64,000 nucleotides of DNA from the NCBI GenBank assembly GCA_965208675.1, contig OZ242351.1, positions 3,656,387 to 3,720,386 on the forward strand, in the 5' to 3' direction. The notes under the pieces are model-generated. The model was given only the letters and a program-made list of their open reading frames with translations. It did not search any database and had not been told where the DNA came from. Shown here piece after piece: positions 59,199-64,000 of the stretch. The DNA is from Candidatus Poribacteria bacterium. Its GTDB lineage: Bacteria > Poribacteria > WGA-4E > PCPOR2b. The stretch's first letter is position 1. Each line of letters starts with the position of its first letter. Both the position numbers and the translations under genes were made by a program.

Positions 59199-60667
59199 TT
59201 CGCCTCTTTCAAAGTGACGATTGTAGGAAGATGGAATTAAACAATCAACGGAATCGGTTTATCAACTACCTCAAATCAATCCCAATCCAATGTCTCGGCG
59301 CAGCAATCTTCTTCTGGATTTACCACAAGCTCCTAGTCTATCTGATGATGGATGGGCTCAATCTTGGCGCGGTAAAATTCGACAACCATGTTGCACCGCT
59401 CTATGCGGAACCACAAGCCAACCTGAGTTTGTGGATATTTCCGGCGTTGATTATCCTCGCAGGGTTCCTTCTAATTTGCCGAAAAATACTACTCCGTCAA
59501 GCTACGCCGCGCACTCGGTTTTTTGCAATTTCAATCTTGAGTTTTCTAGTCATCGGCATCAGCGTTGCGATGATTGACGGCTATCAAGAGGTGGATGGAC
59601 AGCACATACCCGCCTTCCTCGAACCATACACACGGACAAGCTTGGAATACTATGGCGATGTACCGAAGGTCGACGCGGTAGGTTTCCAATCATTTCTGCG
59701 AGACTACGCGAAACCGGAACTGTTCCAAACTTTATCGCTACATTCCCAAACTCATCCACCGGGCGGCATTCTGTTTCTATGGATGGCCAGTAAATGCTTC
59801 GGTTACAATCTACTGACCGCCGCCCTTGCGACCATCTGCTTTACGAGTATATCCGTAATTCCAATCTATTGGCTCGCGAAGGACTTATACGGTGAAGCGG
59901 TTGGACGGTACGCAACGGTACTATTCTTGATTATGCCCAGCTTTGTTATGTTCACGACAACATCCATGGATGGTCCGTTCAGTGTATTTCCAATCGTTAG
60001 CGTCTACCTGTTTTACAAAGCCACGTCATCCAGATCAACGCTATACGCTGTCTTAACAGGAATTTCACTCGGATTTGGGATGTTTATGACCTTTTCAACT
60101 GTTTTCATCGGCATGTTTTTTGGTGTTGTGACACTGCTTACATTAATGATGGATCGCAAACGGTTCAAGGGTGTGTTGACATCATTGTTCATTGCCGGTG
60201 CGGTATTCGCCGCATTCTATCTTCTGATGTTCGCAGTCTCGGGGTTCAACCTATTTGACGTGTTAATGGCTGCGATTGAAAAGGACGAGAATTTAATGGG
60301 GACAGGGTACGAATCAATTTCGCGGTACTTTCACGTAAGCGTTGCGAACCTGTTTGCCTTTTTAATCGGCATCGGAATACCCATAACGATAGTATGGTCG
60401 AATCAGATTCCACGGATGTTTCGGCGAAGAGACATCTATGCGATTGGCTATTTTATCTCATTGCTCGTGATTGCTTTTTCAACGCTGTACACAATGGAGG
60501 TGGAACGCATCTGGATATACATGGCACCGTTTGTCGTGATTCCAGTTGCAAAGTATCTTCGAGATCTCTGCGACGATCAACAGCGCACATCTCCATTCTA
60601 TTGGGTAGCGGGGTTGTTGTGCCTTCAATTGATTCTGTTTGAAGCTACAATGTATACGTATTGGTAG
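59180..60667 (+). CDS. Polytopic integral membrane protein, possibly a GT-C-type glycosyltransferase
   Basis: 495 aa, about 12 hydrophobic helices. The loop FQTLSLHSQTHPPGGILFLWM is reminiscent of ArnT/PMT-like GT-C enzymes. Weak call. Confidence 0.45.
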   Translation: MGRETVIRLFQSDDCRKMELNNQRNRFINYLKSIPIQCLGAAIFFWIYHKLLVYLMMDGLNLGAVKFDNHVAPLYAEPQANLSLWIFPALIILAGFLLICRKILLRQATPRTRFFAISILSFLVIGISVAMIDGYQEVDGQHIPAFLEPYTRTSLEYYGDVPKVDAVGFQSFLRDYAKPELFQTLSLHSQTHPPGGILFLWMASKCFGYNLLTAALATICFTSISVIPIYWLAKDLYGEAVGRYATVLFLIMPSFVMFTTTSMDGPFSVFPIVSVYLFYKATSSRSTLYAVLTGISLGFGMFMTFSTVFIGMFFGVVTLLTLMMDRKRFKGVLTSLFIAGAVFAAFYLLMFAVSGFNLFDVLMAAIEKDENLMGTGYESISRYFHVSVANLFAFLIGIGIPITIVWSNQIPRMFRRRDIYAIGYFISLLVIAFSTLYTMEVERIWIYMAPFVVIPVAKYLRDLCDDQQRTSPFYWVAGLLCLQLILFEATMYTYW

Positions 60668-60730
60668 GACGAATTTGGGGGCTCTCCGATGTAATCGACA
60701 ATATTTGCGACCACCTTATTGACTAATACA

Positions 60731-62485
60731 TTAAACACCAGCAATACGAACTGCTTTATTCCTTCTCCGCCTCTTCTTTGACTTTTTCGAAGTCGGAGCG
60801 ATCCTCGGCTTTTCATGTTCCTGTTTGGCACCCTTTGGCAGCTGTTTCCCGTGCGCATCCGTCTTTTCCTGCGTTGTTATCCCCTTCTCCAATCGAACAT
60901 GGGCTTCATATTCAGCGTAAGTCCCTATGAATTGCTTAGCAGTGCCGTTCTTAAAAACTACCAGTTTGGTGGCGAGTTTGTTCAGAAAGTAGCGATCGTG
61001 GGAGATTATCAAGATAGTTGCGGGATACGCCGCCAAGGCTTCCTCAAGCACTTCACGAGATGGGATGTCGAGATGGTTAGTCGGCTCATCAAGAAGAAGC
61101 ACATTCGCATTTTCCATGAGCAACTTAGCTAGCATAACGCGGCTCTGTTCGCCGCCGCTGAGATCGCCAACCCGCTTGAACACTGAATCACCGGAAAACA
61201 GGAATTTTCCAAGGTAATTGCGAATCTCTCCTTGGGTGTACGTTGGGCGCAACTCCCAAATCTCGTCGATTACGGTGTTTGCTGGATTCAGTCCTCCCAG
61301 TTCCTGATCGTAATATCCGAACTGAAGATTGTGCCCTGTCTTTAGATTTCCCGTGGTGGGCTTTTCGTGATTCAGAATCATTCGGAATAGCGTTGTCTTT
61401 CCAACACCATTCGGCCCAATGATTCCGATGACATCACCGCGGTGTGCATCAAGGTTCAAGTTTTCAAAGATTGACACTTGTCCATATCGTTTCCCCAAAT
61501 TTTGACATTGCAAAATGTCATTTCCGCCGCGCTCAGCCAGCGTGAAATTGAGGTTCATTTTTGGTGTTTTGGTATGGGGCTTTTCGATTCGCTCTAACCG
61601 ATTCAACAGTTTCTGCCGCCCTTTCGCTTCGCGTGTGCGCTGCCCAGCGATGTTACGTTGAATAAACTCTTCCTCGTGAGCGATGTGCCGTTGTTGTTTT
61701 TTATACTCGCGTTCTTGAGTCAAAGTCTCGAGGTTTTTGGTTTTGAGATACTTGGTGTAATTTCCGCGGTACCACTTAATCTTGTGATTATGGAGCTCCA
61801 CAATTTTCCCAACGACGCGATCCAAAAAATAGCGGTCGTGTGAGATGACGATTGCCGCTCCTTGGTATTCAGTATTCAGGAAATATTCCAACCACTCAAT
61901 CGCCTTGATGTCAAGATGGTTGGTTGGTTCATCAAGAAGGAGTAGATCGGGCGCTTCAAGCAGCAATTTAGCTAGTGCGGCTCGGCTTTTCTGGCCGCCG
62001 CTCAAAATACCGCATCTCAAGTGAAAATCGGCTTCACAAAACCCTAGCCCGCCCAGCGTTTTGTTAATTCGGTGCTCATAGCTGTAACCGCCGATGAGTT
62101 CATGCTGTTCCTGCAGCCGGGCATATTCCTTTAATATCACCGGGTTATTCCTGTCGTCCTCCAGCCGTTCGCTTAACAAGAGTAGCTGATCTTCCAGATC
62201 TCGCTGTGTCTGAAATACCTTGAGCATCTCCTGGCGTAACGTACAATCGGGATGTAAATCGGTCTCTTGGCTGAGGTACCCAATCCGTGTCTTTTTCCCG
62301 CGAATGACCCTGCCTCGAAAATCTGGGATTAAACCCGCTATAATTGAAATTAACGTGGTTTTACCGCTGCCGTTCGGACCAATGAGTCCGATTCGATCCC
62401 GATGTTCAATTGATAGAGATATATCATCAAGGATGAGGTAAGGGTCATACGACTTTGTGACGTGTTCCAATCTGACTAAAGACAT
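60731..62485 (-). CDS. ABC-F family ATPase (tandem ABC domains, no TMD; Uup/EttA-like)
   Basis: 584 aa. Two Walker A (GPNGSGKTT and GPNGVGKTT), two LSGG signatures and an inter-domain linker. Lys/Arg-rich C-terminal tail KKSKKRRRRNK. Confidence 0.85.
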   Translation of the reverse strand: MSLVRLEHVTKSYDPYLILDDISLSIEHRDRIGLIGPNGSGKTTLISIIAGLIPDFRGRVIRGKKTRIGYLSQETDLHPDCTLRQEMLKVFQTQRDLEDQLLLLSERLEDDRNNPVILKEYARLQEQHELIGGYSYEHRINKTLGGLGFCEADFHLRCGILSGGQKSRAALAKLLLEAPDLLLLDEPTNHLDIKAIEWLEYFLNTEYQGAAIVISHDRYFLDRVVGKIVELHNHKIKWYRGNYTKYLKTKNLETLTQEREYKKQQRHIAHEEEFIQRNIAGQRTREAKGRQKLLNRLERIEKPHTKTPKMNLNFTLAERGGNDILQCQNLGKRYGQVSIFENLNLDAHRGDVIGIIGPNGVGKTTLFRMILNHEKPTTGNLKTGHNLQFGYYDQELGGLNPANTVIDEIWELRPTYTQGEIRNYLGKFLFSGDSVFKRVGDLSGGEQSRVMLAKLLMENANVLLLDEPTNHLDIPSREVLEEALAAYPATILIISHDRYFLNKLATKLVVFKNGTAKQFIGTYAEYEAHVRLEKGITTQEKTDAHGKQLPKGAKQEHEKPRIAPTSKKSKKRRRRNKAVRIAGV

Positions 62486-62616
62486 GATAAGCGTTTCTCT
62501 TGAAATTAGTTTTCCGCGCTTGTTGTTGCAGTCGCAACATTAGGCAGAGCGAAGATTGACTTTCTCCGAAAAACTGTGATACCATTCCGAAGTCTTGTCT
62601 CTAAAGGATGTAGAAA

Positions 62617-63570
62617 ATGTCCATCCGAAATTATCTCTATCTGACAAGTGTCCCCAATCAAGAGGCAGAGCTGGTAAACGCTGAATCCACGATATTAACG
62701 GGTCACGCCCCAAATGCTTGTGGGATAACAATCTCAGAAAGATGTGTTGATGTCACACGCGGCGCCTATGTGAAGTCTTGCATGGAAATTCTGTTCGAGG
62801 GAGGAGATATCACAGAAGTTTGCGGACAGATAGAAACCTCAGGATTATATGCTGAAGATTTTCGTGTGTCGGTTGTCAAACGACCGCGCCGTCTGGCAGC
62901 GGACACAATGAAAATCGCTCATATCGTTGGCGGAGTCATCGGAGGTACCGTGTGTTTGGCACGACCGCGAGTTGTGTTTTTGGTCGTAATCACGAATGAA
63001 AAAGTCTGGATGGGACGGCTTCTGTCTGAATCGGACAGCTCGTGGTTTGTCCACCGGAAACGTCCCTACATGACATCAAGCGCGCTTCCAACAAGACTCG
63101 CAAGAGCAATCGTCAACCTGATTGCCGACCCTAGCGACCGGCTTGTTGATCCGTGCTGCGGCACAGGTACAATTGTGTTAGAAGCCGCGCGCATGGGAAT
63201 GCGGGTCGTTGGGTATGACATCAATCCCAAGATGGTCAAGGCGACGCAGGGGAATTTGGCGCATCACAATTTAGATGCCAGTGTTTTGCTCGGCGATGCG
63301 CGTCAAATTAGCGAACCGTTTGACGCCCTAGCGACGAACCTTCCTTACGGAATTATGCTGGATCGCACCCCGATACAAGACCGGGAGATTTTGCAGAATC
63401 TCAGTAACGTAGCACCTAAAGCTGCGTTTGTTGCAATCCAAGACCTAAGCGAACCGCTTGAAGATTTGGGGTATCGCATTCAGCAGATCGTGCACGCCCC
63501 CAAACAAAACATGGTACGGCGAATCTATATTACGGACACCGGACATACGGGTGGAAGCAGTGGAGAGTGA
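62617..63570 (+). CDS. Class I SAM-dependent methyltransferase, N6-adenine/N2-guanine (RlmL/Trm11-like, NLPYG motif IV)
   Basis: 317 aa. N-terminal THUMP-like region. Motif I LVDPCCGTGTIVLEAA. Motif IV ATNLPYG. Confidence 0.7.
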   Translation: MSIRNYLYLTSVPNQEAELVNAESTILTGHAPNACGITISERCVDVTRGAYVKSCMEILFEGGDITEVCGQIETSGLYAEDFRVSVVKRPRRLAADTMKIAHIVGGVIGGTVCLARPRVVFLVVITNEKVWMGRLLSESDSSWFVHRKRPYMTSSALPTRLARAIVNLIADPSDRLVDPCCGTGTIVLEAARMGMRVVGYDINPKMVKATQGNLAHHNLDASVLLGDARQISEPFDALATNLPYGIMLDRTPIQDREILQNLSNVAPKAAFVAIQDLSEPLEDLGYRIQQIVHAPKQNMVRRIYITDTGHTGGSSGE

Positions 63571-63697
63571 TGCGTGGAAAGTTAAGACTATCGCACTCAC
63601 TGTCCGTAGGATTTATCTATTCGCTCAGTTGACCACTCAACCCAACCTACATTAACTAGATAGCGTGTCACCGAGTAGTGGCGGCAAGACTGCGAAT

Positions 63698-64000
63698 TTA
63701 ATCGCCGGCAACCCGATACATTTCCTGTATCACTTCGCAGATGTCTGGAGCATCTGTAAGGAATTGATTCACTGCAAGTTCTATAAACTCATCGGGAATA
63801 CCGTGCAGCGCCTCGGCGACGGGGCCCGCAATTGCAGCGAGCGTGTCGGCATCGCCGCCCAGGGAAACGGCATTTCGTACCGCATCTTCAAAACTCTCGG
63901 ACTCCAGCGCACATGTGATTGCCTGTGGCACCGTACCCTGACAAGTCTCGTCAAAAGAATAGCCGGGACGGATTTCGTCCACGGTTCGTCTCAGGTCGTA
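63698..64000 (-). CDS. ADP-ribosylglycohydrolase family protein, second paralogue (partial; N-terminus beyond window end)
   Basis: C-terminal 94 aa ...TVPQAITCALESESFEDAVRNAVSLGGDADTLAAIAGPVAEALHGIPDE is near-identical to the C-terminus of the 54699-55517 product. Nucleotide identity is about 80% when aligned by eye. Confidence 0.7.
   Translation of the reverse strand, partial: YDLRRTVDEIRPGYSFDETCQGTVPQAITCALESESFEDAVRNAVSLGGDADTLAAIAGPVAEALHGIPDEFIELAVNQFLTDAPDICEVIQEMYRVAGD

Overview
This is a 64 kb chromosomal segment, about 50% GC, from a bacterium I cannot place taxonomically. A protease with a T9SS-type C-terminal sorting domain, FG-GAP/ASPIC proteins and a GGAGG-type RBS are the only lineage hints. 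Most of the window is housekeeping. On the minus strand, tRNA-Gly(CCC), a TPR protein, mutS2, dnaG and rpoD lie in the same orientation (rpoD is cut by the window start). Elsewhere there are smc, glnA-glnB, dcd, rnhB-yraN, an ABC-F ATPase and a Fpg/Nei glycosylase. Accessory content includes a B12-radical SAM enzyme, a putative flavin-monooxygenase cluster (AtuA/DUF4387/LLM/flavin reductase/VOC), a CRTAC1-like protein, a GH-A glycosidase and a split TonB-dependent receptor. Also accessory are duplicated ADP-ribosylglycohydrolase and PhyH-dioxygenase genes and an M3 oligoendopeptidase. The standout is at 15.7-19.6 kb. An ECF sigma factor gene is followed, where an anti-sigma factor would normally sit, by a ~1040-aa single-chain protein. 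That protein carries the RpoB catalytic core blocks and then the RpoC catalytic core blocks, in order and fused. It is a miniaturised two-barrel beta/beta' polymerase-like protein whose NADFDGD motif reads NANFDGD. A second candidate system is a PspA (bacterial ESCRT-III family), outer-membrane barrel and classical-clade AAA ATPase gene string. It sits beside a 1.1 kb non-coding region that holds an ACTGTGAAA motif array. Three perfect TTGACA-N17-TATAAT promoters are visible. Two otherwise intact genes carry a single in-frame TAG in an identical TAG-CGG context. Two frameshift-type gene disruptions suggest either real pseudogenisation or assembly indels. No CRISPR array, integrase or transposase was seen.
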